A stretch of 64,000 nt of DNA from an uncultured Acidobacteriota bacterium. Lineage in GTDB: Bacteria > Acidobacteriota > Thermoanaerobaculia > Multivoradales > UBA5704. The translations under genes and the position numbers were made by a program. Below the pieces are notes generated by a model, which saw nothing but the letters and a program-made list of their open reading frames with translations, was not told where the DNA came from and made no database searches. The stretch's first letter is position 1; each line of letters opens with the position of its first letter. The stretch lies in assembly GCA_963770895.1 (NCBI GenBank), contig CAVYRF010000002.1, forward strand, positions 2,528,001-2,592,000. Reading direction: 5' to 3'. Positions 1 to 12,836 of the stretch are shown here, one piece after another.

Positions 1-390
1 GCCCGCGCCGGCGCGCGGACCTCTGCCGGTCGCGGCAAGGGCGGCCTGCTCACCCTGACGCAGATCAGCAAGACCACCGGCATCTCCTATCCGACGCTGG
101 TGCGCTACGTGCGCCTTTACGCCGATCGCCTGCCGCACGAAGGGGAGGGCCGCTCGCGGCGTTTCTATCCCGAAGCGGTGGCCGTCTTCCGCAGCCTGCG
201 CGAAGCCAGCGGGCGCGGCGGGCGTCGCGCCGGATCGGTCGCGGCGCGCCGCGGCCGGCCGCCCAAGGCGGCAGCCTCGGGCCGGTTGGAAGGGATTCTT
301 CAGGCGCGTATTCGCGACCTTGAGAAGTTTCAACAGGCGATCGAAAAGCGCTTCGGCGACCTGGTCAAGGGCCTGCAAAGACTGCGCTAG
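1..390 (+). CDS. MerR-like helix-turn-helix DNA-binding protein (5'-partial)
   Basis: Frame is open from base 1: LTLTQISKTTGISYPTLVRYVRLY...GEGRSRRFYPEAVAVF resembles a MerR/excisionase HTH plus wing; C-terminal coiled coil. Confidence 0.6.
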   Translation, partial: ARAGARTSAGRGKGGLLTLTQISKTTGISYPTLVRYVRLYADRLPHEGEGRSRRFYPEAVAVFRSLREASGRGGRRAGSVAARRGRPPKAAASGRLEGILQARIRDLEKFQQAIEKRFGDLVKGLQRLR

Positions 391-486
391 CGGTTACGAC
401 GTCCCCGCGCCCCAGCCGCCTGTGCGCCGGTTGGCGCCATGAAACAGGTTGCGGTGCGCGGGGCCTGCTGCCGTTCGTCGTACCTC

Positions 487-1485
487 TCAGACCACCAGGT
501 GGTCCCAGCCACCGGGCCGCAGCTCCCGGGTCACGCCTGCCGTTGCGATCAGCAGCCGGCGCCGGGTTTCGATCGTGCCGATGCAGCGGCAGCCGAAGCG
601 GGCCGGTGGCCTGGTTGCGGCGGGCAGGGTGAACAGCAAGACGTAATCCTCACCGCCGGTGAGCGCCAGATCCTGCGCGCTCGCCCCCAGGGCGTCACAC
701 AGGCGGACAAAGCCCTCTGCCTGGGGCAATTGCTCGGATTCGACGCGGGCGCCGACGCCGCTAGCCGCGCACAGCCTGGATAGATCCAGCGCCAGGCCGT
801 CTGAAACATCCATGGCGGCCCCTGCCTGCTGAGCTCCCAGCCAGCGGCCGAGCGCCAGCTGCGGCTGTGGCTGCAGGTGGCGTGTCACCGCGGCGCGCGC
901 CGCGGCGGCCAGGCCGCGGCGGCCGGGCGCTTCCAACCAACCAGGGGGCAGGCGCACGCCGCTGCCGCGCGGGCGCGCACCGGCGGCGACCAGCAACCGG
1001 CCGGCGGCGGACTGGCCCACCGCGCCGCCCAGCCACAGCCGCTCACCGGGCCGGGCGCCGGAGCGGCGCAGCCAGCGCGCGCCGCGCGGCTTGCGGCCGA
1101 GCAATGTCAAGGTTGCGACCAGCGCAGAAGGTTCGGCGCCGCGCGACAGGTCGCCCCCCGCGAGCCGCACGTGGTATCGCTCGCAAGCCGCAAGCAGAGC
1201 GCGGAAGAACCGGCGGTGCGCAAAGTCCGGCGGCGCGGTGAGCGCAAGAAAGGCATATGCCGGCGAGGCGCCCATCGCCGCCAGGTCCGACACATTGACC
1301 GCCAGCAGCCGCTCGGCAATCGAGCCGGCGTTCAGATCCGCAACAAAATGGACCCCGGCGATCTGGCTGTCGACCGTCACCGCGAAGCCGCCGCCGCCCG
1401 GCAGCACGGCTGCATCGTCGCCGATCAACGGCCGCGCCATCCGGCCGGCAAGCCAGCGCAGCAGCCGATCTTCGCCTCCCGGCAT
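487..1485 (-). CDS. thiL: Thiamine-monophosphate kinase
   Basis: IGDDAAVL, VNVSDLAAMGA, LAGGDLS, AAMDVSDGLALDL and GGEDYVLLFT motifs; ATG at 1485 with AAAGAGG RBS. Confidence 0.92.
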   Translation of the reverse strand: MPGGEDRLLRWLAGRMARPLIGDDAAVLPGGGGFAVTVDSQIAGVHFVADLNAGSIAERLLAVNVSDLAAMGASPAYAFLALTAPPDFAHRRFFRALLAACERYHVRLAGGDLSRGAEPSALVATLTLLGRKPRGARWLRRSGARPGERLWLGGAVGQSAAGRLLVAAGARPRGSGVRLPPGWLEAPGRRGLAAAARAAVTRHLQPQPQLALGRWLGAQQAGAAMDVSDGLALDLSRLCAASGVGARVESEQLPQAEGFVRLCDALGASAQDLALTGGEDYVLLFTLPAATRPPARFGCRCIGTIETRRRLLIATAGVTRELRPGGWDHLVV

Positions 1486-1502
1486 CCGGGCGGCCTCTTT
1501 AA

Positions 1503-3917
1503 CTAGACGCTCGCCGGGACGGCGACGGAGCGGTCGGGTTTTTTGCGCGCCGGCTTGGGATCGTGGGGCGACCGCAAGGCCAGGCGGAGGACTTCGTCCA
1601 TGTATTCGACGAAGTGAAAGACCAGGCCTTTTTTGATCGGCTCCGGTATTTCTGCGAGGTCGCGCTGGTTGAGCTTGGGGACGATCACGGTGTGGATGCC
1701 GGCGAGCTTCGCGGCGAGGACCTTTTCTTTCAGCCCGCCGATCGGCAGGATGTCGCCGCGCAGGGTGATCTCGCCGGTCATCGCCACGCGCCGGTTGACC
1801 GGCTTGCCGGTCAGGACCGACAGGATCGCGGTGCCGATGGTGATTCCCGCGGAGGGGCCGTCCTTGGGAATGGAACCGGCCGGCACGTGGATGTGGATGT
1901 CGTGTTTGGCAAAGAAATCGGGCGGCGTGTCGTGCTCGCCCGCCCAGGAGCGGGCGTGGCTGAGGGCCGCCTGGGCGGACTCCTTCATCACGTCGCCCAG
2001 CTGTCCGGTGAGCAGGAGCAGGCCCTTGCCCGGCACCGCCACCACTTCGATGAACAAGAGGTCGCCGCCCACCGCGGTCCACGCCAAGCCGGTGGCGACC
2101 CCGACGCGATCGCGTTCCAGCAGCTCTTCGGCAAAGTGCTTGCGCACGCCGAGAAGCTTTTCGACCTGGTCGCCCCCGACCGTCACCTGGACGCTTTCGC
2201 CGCGCGCCACGCGCACCGCCACCTTGCGGCAGATCGCGGCCAGCTCGCGTTCGAGGTTGCGCAGCCCCGCTTCCTTGGTGTACCCGGCGATCACCTGGCG
2301 GATTCCCTCGGGGGTGAAGGTGACGTGATCGGCGGTCACGCCGTTTTCGCGCATCTGTTTCGGCACCAGGTGGCGCTCGGCGATTTGCAGTTTTTCTTCT
2401 TCCGTATAGCCGGTCAACCGGATCACTTCCATGCGGTCGAGAAAGGCGGGCTGGATCGGCTCCAACATGTTGGCGGTGGCGATGAAGAGCACCCGCGACA
2501 GGTCGTAGGCCAGGCCCAGGTAGTGATCGACGAAGCTCCAGTTCTGCTCGGGATCGAGCACCTCCAGCAGCGCCGACGAAGGGTCGCCGCGGAAGTCGGC
2601 GCCGATCTTGTCGATCTCGTCGAGCACGAACACCGGATTGCTGGTGCCGGCCTGGCGGATGCCCTGCAGGATGCGTCCCGGCAGCGCTCCGACATAGGTG
2701 CGCCGGTGGCCGCGGATCTCGGCTTCGTCGCGCACGCCGCCCAGCGAGAGGCGCACGAAGCGCCTGCCGAGCGAGCGCGCGATCGAGCGTCCCAGCGAGG
2801 TCTTGCCGACTCCGGGCGGCCCGACGAAACAGAGGATCGGGCCGCGCGTGTCGGACTTCAGCTTGCGCACCGCAAGGTATTCCAGGATGCGCTCTTTGAC
2901 CTTTTCCAGGTCGTAGTGATCTTCGTCCAGGACCTGCTGCGCATGCTCCAGGTCCAGGTCGTCTTCGGAGAGCGTTTCCCACGGCAGGGCGGTCAACCAA
3001 TCGAGATAGGTGCGGATGATCTGGGTTTCGGCGCTTTCGGGGTGGCTGCGCTCCAGCCGCCGGATCTGGCGCTCCATCTCTTCGCGCCCTTCCTTGCTCA
3101 GCTTCCGCTCATCGGCGAGCTGGCGGTAGCCGGCGATCTCTTCGCCCAGCTCTTCGCCTTCGCCCAGCTCCTGCTGGATGGCCTTGAGCTGCTGACGCAG
3201 GAAGTACTCCCGCTGGCTGCGATCGATTTCGCCGCGCGCCTGGGAGGAGATCTCCTGCTGCATGGTGAGCACCTGGATTTCATGCGCCAGCAGATCGCTC
3301 ACCTTGCGCAGGCGGGCGATCGGATCGATCGTTTCCAGGATGTCCTGCGCCTCGGCCAGCTTGAGATCCAGGTTGCTGGCCGCGAGGTCGGCCAGGCGCC
3401 CCGGCTCTTCGAGATTGGCGGAGATCACCATCACTTCGGGGGAGATGCCCTTGCCCAGGGTGACGGCGCGGTCGAGGCTTTCCTTGACGCTGCGGATGAG
3501 CGCTTCGATTTCGAGCCGCGGCGCTTCCACCGGCAGGTCTTCGATGCGTTCGATCTTGGCCTGTAGATAGGGGTCGACCTGGCTGATGTGCTTCACCCGC
3601 GCGCGCGCCAGCCCCTGCACCAGGATGCGGATGCGGCCGTCCGGCAGCTTGAGCATGCGCATGATGACGGCGGCGGTGCCGACCGGGTACAGGTCGTTTT
3701 CGCGCGGGTTTTCCAGCGCGCCGTCACGTTGCGCCACCAGCATGATGACGCGGCTTTCGGCCAGCGCGCGGTCCACCGCCAGAACGCTCTTGTCGCGCCC
3801 CACCGACAGCGGCAGGATGATGTAGGGAAACACCACCGCATCCTTGAGCGGCAGCACCGGCAGGACGTCGGGGATCTTGATCGCCTCGTCCTGCGCTTCG
3901 GTGGGCGGTCGGCTCAT
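1503..3917 (-). CDS. lon: ATP-dependent protease La (Lon)
   Basis: Lon N-domain, Walker [15 protein letters not shown], catalytic PKDGPSAG and PIGGLKEK. Confidence 0.98.
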   Translation of the reverse strand: MSRPPTEAQDEAIKIPDVLPVLPLKDAVVFPYIILPLSVGRDKSVLAVDRALAESRVIMLVAQRDGALENPRENDLYPVGTAAVIMRMLKLPDGRIRILVQGLARARVKHISQVDPYLQAKIERIEDLPVEAPRLEIEALIRSVKESLDRAVTLGKGISPEVMVISANLEEPGRLADLAASNLDLKLAEAQDILETIDPIARLRKVSDLLAHEIQVLTMQQEISSQARGEIDRSQREYFLRQQLKAIQQELGEGEELGEEIAGYRQLADERKLSKEGREEMERQIRRLERSHPESAETQIIRTYLDWLTALPWETLSEDDLDLEHAQQVLDEDHYDLEKVKERILEYLAVRKLKSDTRGPILCFVGPPGVGKTSLGRSIARSLGRRFVRLSLGGVRDEAEIRGHRRTYVGALPGRILQGIRQAGTSNPVFVLDEIDKIGADFRGDPSSALLEVLDPEQNWSFVDHYLGLAYDLSRVLFIATANMLEPIQPAFLDRMEVIRLTGYTEEEKLQIAERHLVPKQMRENGVTADHVTFTPEGIRQVIAGYTKEAGLRNLERELAAICRKVAVRVARGESVQVTVGGDQVEKLLGVRKHFAEELLERDRVGVATGLAWTAVGGDLLFIEVVAVPGKGLLLLTGQLGDVMKESAQAALSHARSWAGEHDTPPDFFAKHDIHIHVPAGSIPKDGPSAGITIGTAILSVLTGKPVNRRVAMTGEITLRGDILPIGGLKEKVLAAKLAGIHTVIVPKLNQRDLAEIPEPIKKGLVFHFVEYMDEVLRLALRSPHDPKPARKKPDRSVAVPASV

Positions 3918-4378
3918 TGCGGTCCCCCTGCGGCCGGCTCCGTGATCGGCAGGCGACGAGCTTCCTGGCGCTTGTTTTCGATTTTCGGGAACTCGATTTT
4001 GAGCAGGCCGTCCGCGAGCTGTGCCGTGCCGAGATGGCTGTTCACCGGCCAGAACAGCTGAATCTCACGGCCGAAGCGCCCCTGGCTGCGTTCCATGCAA
4101 TGGAAGTGGGCGTTGGCGCCGGCCGTGGCCGGGGCCTGCTTGACACCGGACAGCACCAGGCGCGAGCCCTGCACTTCGACCACCAGGTCGCTGGCGGCGA
4201 ATCCCGGCAGCTCGACCAGGATCAGGACGGAGGAGCCGGTATCGACAATGTCCAGCGGCGGCTGCCACTCCCCGGCGGCGATTTCGCCGTCGGGAAGCCC
4301 CATGACCTCCTGCAGCAGGCGATCGAGCTCGGCCTGGAAGCGCGACAGGAAATTGACGGAGGCGTACCGGCCGGTCAT
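3914..4378 (-). CDS. Hsp20/alpha-crystallin small heat-shock protein
   Basis: WQPPLDIVD...VELPG...ERSQGRFGREIQL...DGLLKIEFPK; ATGA overlaps with nrdR and lon. Confidence 0.88.
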   Translation of the reverse strand: MTGRYASVNFLSRFQAELDRLLQEVMGLPDGEIAAGEWQPPLDIVDTGSSVLILVELPGFAASDLVVEVQGSRLVLSGVKQAPATAGANAHFHCMERSQGRFGREIQLFWPVNSHLGTAQLADGLLKIEFPKIENKRQEARRLPITEPAAGGPQ

Positions 4379-4932
4379 GCGGATTCGGCTGGCGGCGAGA
4401 CGGTGGATTTGTCGGCGGCGGCGTTGCTGGAGCCCGCATCTCCGGCGGCGCCGGCGGCGGGCGCCGCCGCCGGGATGGCGGTGGGTTGAATCAGGCTCTT
4501 GAGCACGTCCATGAAAGCATCCAGGTCTTCGAAACGCCGGTACACCGAGGCGAAGCGCACGTAGGCGACCTGGTCCTGCTCCCGGAGCCGCTCCATGACG
4601 AAGGCGCCGATCTGGTGCGTCGAAATCTCGCGGTCTTCGCGGTCGTGCAGCATGGCTTCGGCTTCGCCGACGATCGCCTCCAGGCTGCGCATCGCCACGG
4701 GGCGCTTTTCGCAGGCCTTGAGCAATCCCGACAGGAGCTTTTTGCGGCTGAACTCCTCGCGCGAGCCGTCGTGCTTGACGACCATATAGGGGATGTCTTC
4801 GATCTGCTCGTAGGAGGTGAAGCGCCGCCCGCAGCTCAGGCATTCGCGCCGGCGGCGGATGGTGGCGCCGTCGCGGCTTTCGCGCGAGTCCACCACGCGG
4901 TCGCGGTTGTCGGAGCAGAAAGGGCACCTCAT
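4375..4932 (-). CDS. nrdR: Transcriptional repressor NrdR
   Basis: MRCPFC...IRRRRECLSCGRRFTSYE zinc ribbon, ATP cone, VAYVRFASVYR. Confidence 0.97.
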   Translation of the reverse strand: MRCPFCSDNRDRVVDSRESRDGATIRRRRECLSCGRRFTSYEQIEDIPYMVVKHDGSREEFSRKKLLSGLLKACEKRPVAMRSLEAIVGEAEAMLHDREDREISTHQIGAFVMERLREQDQVAYVRFASVYRRFEDLDAFMDVLKSLIQPTAIPAAAPAAGAAGDAGSSNAAADKSTVSPPAESA

Positions 4933-4995
4933 GACGATTTGAGCGCTGGTCGCGGCAATGGTTTGTACCGAACGTTGTGGACCGGCCGGGGCCGG

Positions 4996-6501
4996 TCACT
5001 CCTTGGCGTGCAGGGCGATGTTGAGGCGGAGCAGCAGCTTTTCGATGCTGGCGTCGCCGGTGCCCTTGATCTCGACCTGCAGATCGCGCACGGCGTCCAC
5101 GACGTGATGCTGGTCGTCTTCCACCTGGAAGCTGACCAGAAAGCGGCGAGCGCGCGCAAAGTCGGCGCGTTTCAGGCTCATCTCGATGTTGCGCGACAGC
5201 TCGGTGCGGCCGTTGCCGGCCGCCGCCTTGTGCGCCGCCGAGCCGGACAGGGAAGCCAGCGACGCGAGCCCTGCCGACGATGGGGAGGCGGTGGCGGCGG
5301 TGGCGGCGGCGGTTGCAGCGTTGGCGGCGGCAAGAGACGCGGCGGCGCGCGCCGCCACGGCCGCCGGCGAATTGACGCCGCCGGCGGGCTGCATGGCTTC
5401 GCGCCGCAACTTTTCGAGCTCGCTCAGGACGTCTACCGACCTGCTCTTGCCGGTGGCCGTCTTGCCGGGTGGCCGCGCCGCGACAGGCGGCCTGACCGCG
5501 GTGGCGGCTGATGCAGCCTGCGCGGTGACCAGGGCCGGTGTCGACACCGGTGCTGGCGACGGCGTAACCGCGAAGTGCGGCCCGCTTTGCGGCGCGAGGT
5601 TGGCGATCGCCGGCGTCGCCGGCGTTGTCGGCGCCGGCGCCAGGGGCGGCAAGGGCGCCAGGGCCTCCGCCGGCACCACGAGCGCTCCGGAGCCGCCGGC
5701 GGCCAGGGACGCGGCGGCTGCCGCGGTCGGCGGGTAGGGTGTGGCGGTAGCCGTCAGCTGCGGCGCTGCCGCGGCGGTGCCGGCGCTGGCAGCCAGGTGG
5801 CTGGGCGGGGCCGGGGCACCGCCGGCTGCCGCGGCGCCGGTGGGACGGACGGAGCTGGCGCCCGGCGACGCCGCGGGCGACAGGCGATTGCCGGAGCCTT
5901 CGTTGCCGCTGCGCCCAAGGCGCTTTTTGAGCGCCAGCAGAGTGAACTTTGAGATGCCCTTGAGGGTTTCGAAGACGCCGTGGCCGGATACCGCGGACGC
6001 TTCGTACCAGGGCCAGCCCTGGCGGTTGATCGCCTGGTTGAGCTCGTCGACCGAGTAGATCTCGGCGAGGTCGCGCTTGTTGTATTGCAGCACCAGGGGG
6101 AGGCTGTCGATGGACAGGCCCATCTCGCCCAGGTTCTCCTCCAGATTGCGGAAGGAGTCCAGGTTGGCCTGCAGCATGGCGCGCTGCGAATCGACGACGA
6201 AGACGACGCCGTCGACGCCCTTCAGCACAAGCTTGCGCGTCGTATTGTAAAAAACCTGGCCGGGGACGGTGTAAAGCTGGATGCGAGTATTGAAACCGGC
6301 AATCGAGCCCACGTCGAGCGGCAAGAGATCGAAGAAGAGGGTGCGGTCCGTCTCCGTTTCCAGCGACACCATCTCGCCGCGGGAATCGGTGGTCGTATGG
6401 CCATAGATGAAGTGCAGATTTGTCGTTTTTCCGCACAGACCGGGGCCGTAGTACACCACTTTGGCCGCCATCTGCATTGTGCTGTAGTTAAAAAAGACCA
6501 T
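4996..6501 (-). CDS. MglA-family small GTPase with long C-terminal extension
   Basis: KVVYYGPGLCGKTTNL, DRTLFFD, LYTVPGQVFYN, LQYNKRD; followed by an Ala/Pro-rich linker and a short globular C-terminal domain; ATG at 6501. Confidence 0.88.
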   Translation of the reverse strand: MVFFNYSTMQMAAKVVYYGPGLCGKTTNLHFIYGHTTTDSRGEMVSLETETDRTLFFDLLPLDVGSIAGFNTRIQLYTVPGQVFYNTTRKLVLKGVDGVVFVVDSQRAMLQANLDSFRNLEENLGEMGLSIDSLPLVLQYNKRDLAEIYSVDELNQAINRQGWPWYEASAVSGHGVFETLKGISKFTLLALKKRLGRSGNEGSGNRLSPAASPGASSVRPTGAAAAGGAPAPPSHLAASAGTAAAAPQLTATATPYPPTAAAAASLAAGGSGALVVPAEALAPLPPLAPAPTTPATPAIANLAPQSGPHFAVTPSPAPVSTPALVTAQAASAATAVRPPVAARPPGKTATGKSRSVDVLSELEKLRREAMQPAGGVNSPAAVAARAAASLAAANAATAAATAATASPSSAGLASLASLSGSAAHKAAAGNGRTELSRNIEMSLKRADFARARRFLVSFQVEDDQHHVVDAVRDLQVEIKGTGDASIEKLLLRLNIALHAKE

Positions 6502-6555
6502 AGCCGGATCGAACCGAAAATGGGCTTCGCAGCATAGCATCCGCCCCCAGGGGAA

Positions 6556-7584
6556 TCAAATCTCACCCCGCCGGGTCTGCGGCGACGCCCCGTTGGCATC
6601 TCCCGCGACCCCGGCGGCTGCCGCCGCGGCCAGTTCCTCCAGGCGCGAGCGCAGCGCCGCATAGTCCGTGGACGGCAGTCCGGGCTCGCCGGCACCCATC
6701 TCTCCCATCCCTGTGGCGACGACGGCTCGCCCGCCCGCCAGCGCCCCCTTGCCGCCTCTATCTGCCGTGGTCTGGATGGCTGGTCTGGTCGCCGCGGCTT
6801 CCCTGGCGCGCAGTGTTTCGCGGGCGATTTCCAAGGCCAGGGGTATCCGTTCGGGCGACGCTTGGCGGAGGGCCTGCAGATGTCGCGCGAAGGTTGCCAG
6901 GTCGCCGCGGGCTATCGGACCGGTCAGCGCTGCCTCCGCGGCGCCGGCGGTGGCGATGGCGGCGACGGTGCCCCGCGCCAGCTCGACGTATCCCGCCGCC
7001 ACCGCCGGCGGCAGGCCGGCGCGGGCTGCCAGGTCCGCCGCCGCCGCCAGCAGGGTGGCGACGCCTCCGGCGGCGAACGTGGCCGCGAAGTGGTAGAGCG
7101 GCCGGGCGGCCGGCGCCACCTCGCCGGCGATGCCGCCCCAGGCGGTGACCAGCCGCCGGGCGAGCCGCAGGGCCGCCGGGTCGCCGTCCAGACCAAAGAA
7201 GACGCCGTGCGCCTGTGCCGGGTCCGGCAGCGGGAAGGGGAACGCCTTGAGCGGATGCAGCGCGCCGATCGCCGTGCCGTGGGCGGCGAGCGGTGCCAAG
7301 GTGCCGGCGTCGCGGCTTCCCGAGGTGTGCAGGGCAACCGCCGCCTGCGGCCGGCCGGCCAGGTCCGCCGCCACCTGATCCAGGGCGCCGTCGGGCACGG
7401 CGATCAGCAGCAGGTCCTGCCCCCGGCTGGAGGCGCCGGCGACCTGCGCCCGGCCCACGGACGCCACCAGTTGGGCGCCCGCGCCCACCGCCCATGCCGC
7501 CAGGCTCCGCCCGACACGTCCCGCCCCCACCAGGGAGAATCGCAATCCGCCCAGGGGCGCCGCGCCATCCATTCGCTCGGTCAC
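6556..7584 (-). CDS. Rossmann-like/DUF2520 oxidoreductase (PanG-like ketopantoate reductase family)
   Basis: VGAGRVGRSL, IAVPD, HTSG, LHPLKAF, LYHFAA, ALTGPIARGD. Confidence 0.8.
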   Translation of the reverse strand: MTERMDGAAPLGGLRFSLVGAGRVGRSLAAWAVGAGAQLVASVGRAQVAGASSRGQDLLLIAVPDGALDQVAADLAGRPQAAVALHTSGSRDAGTLAPLAAHGTAIGALHPLKAFPFPLPDPAQAHGVFFGLDGDPAALRLARRLVTAWGGIAGEVAPAARPLYHFAATFAAGGVATLLAAAADLAARAGLPPAVAAGYVELARGTVAAIATAGAAEAALTGPIARGDLATFARHLQALRQASPERIPLALEIARETLRAREAAATRPAIQTTADRGGKGALAGGRAVVATGMGEMGAGEPGLPSTDYAALRSRLEELAAAAAAGVAGDANGASPQTRRGEI

Positions 7585-7768
7585 GGCGCAACAGTAGTGG
7601 CCCGCTTCCGCTGAAGCAAGGGGGAGGGCCGCACCCTTGCCGCGATACCGGCCGGGGGCTGGCGGCGGTGGACGGGGGGCTGTTGCGCGGCGGTGCGGCA
7701 GTCTTTGCGCAGGGTCAGGCTGCTGGCGACAAAATGCGTTGGTTCAGTAGTTTGGGTCTGGTGTGCGC

Positions 7769-7797
7769 TTGACAGAACGAGCGGTTGCGGGTACCAT
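7769..7797 (+). promoter_or_regulatory. sigma70-type promoter of the hrcA operon
   Basis: TTGACA (7769-7774), 17 bp spacer, TACCAT (7792-7797), immediately before the CIRCE. Confidence 0.8.
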
Positions 7798-7800
7798 GCA

Positions 7801-7827
7801 TTAGCACTCTCGCGTGGAGAGTGCCAA
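7801..7827 (+). promoter_or_regulatory. CIRCE operator (HrcA binding site)
   Basis: TTAGCACTC-N9-GAGTGCCAA, one mismatch from the consensus, upstream of hrcA. Confidence 0.95.
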
Positions 7828-7855
7828 CGCGAGAAGAGGCGCGGAGGCCGGGCCG

Positions 7856-8986
7856 ATGGCGATGGAAACATGGGATGCGGACAGGCTTTCGCCGCGCGAC
7901 CGCGAGATCCTGAAAGACATCATTGCGACCTATATCTTGAGCGCCGAGCCGGTCAGCTCCCGGTCGGTGGCCAAGCATGGGCGGCTGGGGCTGTCCGCGG
8001 CGACGATCCGCAACGTCATGGCGGACCTTGAAGAGTGGGGCTTCCTGGTGCAGCCGCACACTTCGGCCGGGCGGGTGCCGACGCCGGCGGCGTATCACAT
8101 GTTCATCGAATCGATGATGCATACGCGGAAGCTCCCGGCGCGCGAGCGGCGTTACATCGAAGAGCACCTGGGCAGCCCGCAGGCCGATGCCGACGACCTG
8201 ATCGGCACCACCTCCCACCTGCTGTCCGAGCTGTCGCAGCAGGTCAGCATCGTGGTGGCGCCGGGAATCGGTGAAACGGTGCTCAAGGCGGTGGATTTTG
8301 TGCCGGTGGCGGAGCGCAAGGTGCTGTGCGTGGTGGTTTCGGACGCGGGGTTCGTCGACAATCGGCTGATCGAGACGGAAGAGGAGATCCCCCGCCACGA
8401 GCTGATCAGGATCTCCAACTACCTGACTGAGAATTTCGCCGGTCAAAGCCTGAACGCGATCCGCGACCGGCTGCTGCGGCAGATGGCGGAGGAGCGGGTG
8501 CAGGTCGACCGGCTGCTGGCGCTGACCATCGAGCTGGCGTGCGAAGGTCTGGCGCCGGGCCCGCGCGAGCGGCAGCCTGAAGTGTTGGTGGATGGCGCCT
8601 CGGCGCTGCTGGTGCGTCCCGAGCTGGCGGACATCCAGCGGGTGCGCCGCATGTTCGAGGCGTTCGCCGACAAGGCCCGCCTGGTGCGCATGCTCAACGG
8701 CTGCATCCAGGGCGGCGGCGTGCGGGTGCTGATCGGCGCCGACAGCGATCTGACCTCGGAGCTCGATTTCAGCCTGGTGGCGTCCTCGTACCACGTCGGC
8801 GGACAGCCGCTCGGCACGCTCGGCATCTTCGGTCCTTCGCGCATGGACTATCAAAAGGTCATTCCCCTGGTTCACTATCTGGGACACGCGCTGTCACGGG
8901 CGCTGTCCGATGCATTCGCGGGTGCGCCGGCTTCCGGGGCGGGGGTCGGGGCGGGCATCCGCGGCAGGAGAGAGGGAGATGTCTGA
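7856..8986 (+). CDS. hrcA: Heat-inducible transcription repressor HrcA
   Basis: EPVSSRSVAK, LSAATIRNVMADLEE, QPHTSAGRVPT, GIFGPSRMDY; GGAGG RBS before ATG 7856. Confidence 0.96.
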   Translation: MAMETWDADRLSPRDREILKDIIATYILSAEPVSSRSVAKHGRLGLSAATIRNVMADLEEWGFLVQPHTSAGRVPTPAAYHMFIESMMHTRKLPARERRYIEEHLGSPQADADDLIGTTSHLLSELSQQVSIVVAPGIGETVLKAVDFVPVAERKVLCVVVSDAGFVDNRLIETEEEIPRHELIRISNYLTENFAGQSLNAIRDRLLRQMAEERVQVDRLLALTIELACEGLAPGPRERQPEVLVDGASALLVRPELADIQRVRRMFEAFADKARLVRMLNGCIQGGGVRVLIGADSDLTSELDFSLVASSYHVGGQPLGTLGIFGPSRMDYQKVIPLVHYLGHALSRALSDAFAGAPASGAGVGAGIRGRREGDV

Positions 8987-9668
8987 GCAGCCGACTGAGG
9001 GCGACAAGATCGAGTTGGAAGAGCCGGCGGACGACCTGGAGGCGACGATGCGCGAAGCGCTGGCTGCCGTCGAAGCGGCAGAGGGCGAGCGCGCCGCCGC
9101 TCCCCCCGACCCCGGCAACGACGTCGGTGCGCTGCGCCAGGAAATTGCCGACCTGCGCGACCGCTCGATGCGGACGCTGGCGGATTTCGACAACTTCCGC
9201 AAGCGCGCCGAGCGCGAGCGGCAGGAGGTCCGGCGGTACGCCTTGCTGGAGCCCTTGCGTGACTTCCTGCCGATCGCCGACAACCTGGAGCGGGCGCTGT
9301 CGGCGGGCGGCTCGGCCGACGACCTCAAGCGCGGCGTCGAAATGATCCTGCGCCAGATGCAGGACCTGCTGCGCCGCTTCGGGGTGCGTGAGATCACCGC
9401 CGCGGGCGAAGTGTTCAATCCCGCCGTGCACGAAGCGGTGGCGCGCGCCGAAAGCGACGCGGTCGGCGTCCCCACGGTCACCGAAGCGCTGGTGCGCGGC
9501 TACATGCTGCACGACCGGCTGCTGCGGCCGGCCATGGTCAAGGTGGCGGTGCCGGCCGAAAAGAGCCCGGCTGCAAGCGGCGCCACCGGCGCCGCCAACC
9601 CGGCGGACCCGGCTGATGCGGGCGCCGCCGCGCCGCCGGCGGACGACGCCGAACCCCGAGGCCATTGA
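8979..9668 (+). CDS. grpE: Nucleotide exchange factor GrpE
   Basis: LADFDNFRKRAERE, FNPAVHEAV, GYMLHDRLLRPAMVKV. Confidence 0.95.
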   Translation: MSEQPTEGDKIELEEPADDLEATMREALAAVEAAEGERAAAPPDPGNDVGALRQEIADLRDRSMRTLADFDNFRKRAERERQEVRRYALLEPLRDFLPIADNLERALSAGGSADDLKRGVEMILRQMQDLLRRFGVREITAAGEVFNPAVHEAVARAESDAVGVPTVTEALVRGYMLHDRLLRPAMVKVAVPAEKSPAASGATGAANPADPADAGAAAPPADDAEPRGH

Positions 9669-9773
9669 GGCCATTCGTGCCGCGCCGACGTACCACATAC
9701 AATAGGTGAACTCTTCACGTTGCGGCGCCGCCGGCGCCGGGGGGGGCCTCACTGGCACCATGAGGCAGGTCGC

Positions 9774-11609
<1,836 letters not shown>

Positions 11610-11625
11610 CAAAGGTTGACGTTCG

Positions 11626-12738
11626 ATGGCAAAGCGTGACTATTACGAAGTTCTCGGCGTCGAGCGCACCGCCGGCACGGCCGAGATCAAGACGTCCTAC
11701 CGCAAGCTCGCGGTCAAATATCATCCCGACCGCAATCCCGGCGACAGCGAAGCCGAAGACCGTTTCAAGGAAGCGTCGGAAGCCTACGAAGTGCTGTCGG
11801 ACGCCGATAAACGCGCCCGCTACGATCGTTTCGGCCATCAAGGCGTCGCCGGCGCCGGCAGCGCCGGCTTCGATCCGGCGATCTTCGCCGACTTTTCCGA
11901 CATCCTTGGCGACCTGTTCGGCTTCGGCGGCGGCGGCCGCCGCGGCGGCGCCTCGGGCATGACGCGCGGCGCCGACCTGCGCTACGACCTGTCGCTCACC
12001 TTCGAAGAGGCCGCCTTCGGCACCGAGATGACCCTGCGCATCCCGCGCCTGGAAGGCTGTCCCAGGTGCGAAGGCACCGGCAGCGCCGACAAGGCGGCGC
12101 CGGCCCCCTGCTCGATGTGCGGCGGGCGCGGCCAGGTGCGCTACAGCCAGGGGTTCTTCACCGTCGCCCGCACCTGCCCGCAGTGCCAGGGAGAAGGCCG
12201 CAGAGTCACCAACCCCTGTTCCGAGTGCCGCGGCGAAGGCCGCGTCGAACGCGAACGCTCGATCTCGGTCAAGATTCCCGCCGGGGTCGACACCGGCGCC
12301 CGCCTGCGCCTCACCGGCGAAGGCGAGCACGGCCGCCAGGGCGGCCCCGAGGGCGACCTCTACGTCGTGCTCTCGGTCAAGCCCCACAAGACCTTCCGCC
12401 GCGACGGCGCCAACGTGCACTCGCGCCTGTCGATCGCCTACGCCCAGGCGGTCCTCGGCACCACGGTGGAGGTGGACACCTTGCGCGGCAAGGCATCGCT
12501 GGACGTCCCCCCCGGCACCTCCTACGGCCGCGACTTCCGCCTGCGCGGCGAAGGCATCGAACGCCTCGACGGCAGTGGCCGCGGTGACCAGGTGGTGACC
12601 GTCACCATCGAAGTCCCCAACCCGCGCGACCTGTCCGACGACGAGGTCGCCTTGCTCCGCCGCCTGGCCGAGCTGCGCGGCCTCCCCTTGCGAGAGGAAA
12701 AAACCGTCCTCGACCGGGTGAAGAACCTCTTCGCCTGA
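11626..12738 (+). CDS. dnaJ: Chaperone DnaJ
   Basis: J-domain with HPD, G/F-rich region, four CxxCxGxG repeats. Confidence 0.97.
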   Translation: MAKRDYYEVLGVERTAGTAEIKTSYRKLAVKYHPDRNPGDSEAEDRFKEASEAYEVLSDADKRARYDRFGHQGVAGAGSAGFDPAIFADFSDILGDLFGFGGGGRRGGASGMTRGADLRYDLSLTFEEAAFGTEMTLRIPRLEGCPRCEGTGSADKAAPAPCSMCGGRGQVRYSQGFFTVARTCPQCQGEGRRVTNPCSECRGEGRVERERSISVKIPAGVDTGARLRLTGEGEHGRQGGPEGDLYVVLSVKPHKTFRRDGANVHSRLSIAYAQAVLGTTVEVDTLRGKASLDVPPGTSYGRDFRLRGEGIERLDGSGRGDQVVTVTIEVPNPRDLSDDEVALLRRLAELRGLPLREEKTVLDRVKNLFA

Positions 12739-12836
12739 CCCCGCCGCCAACCCGCTCGCGCGTCGCCCCGCGGCGCGCAGGCTAGCCCGGTGCGGCGGGC
12801 GTCCGGCGACGCCAGGCGGCCAGCCAGTTCCCCAAC

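Noticed and set aside
487-3000. 837-aa ORF as a single protein
   Set aside because: Only the last 332 aa are ThiL; the rest is an off-frame shadow of lon caused by high GC
3914-6436. 840-aa ORF
   Set aside because: Only the last 154 aa (Hsp20) are real; the upstream part overlaps nrdR and mglA in another frame
7814-7855. GTG start for hrcA given by the ORF track
   Set aside because: It lies inside the CIRCE element; the ATG at 7856 has a GGAGG RBS
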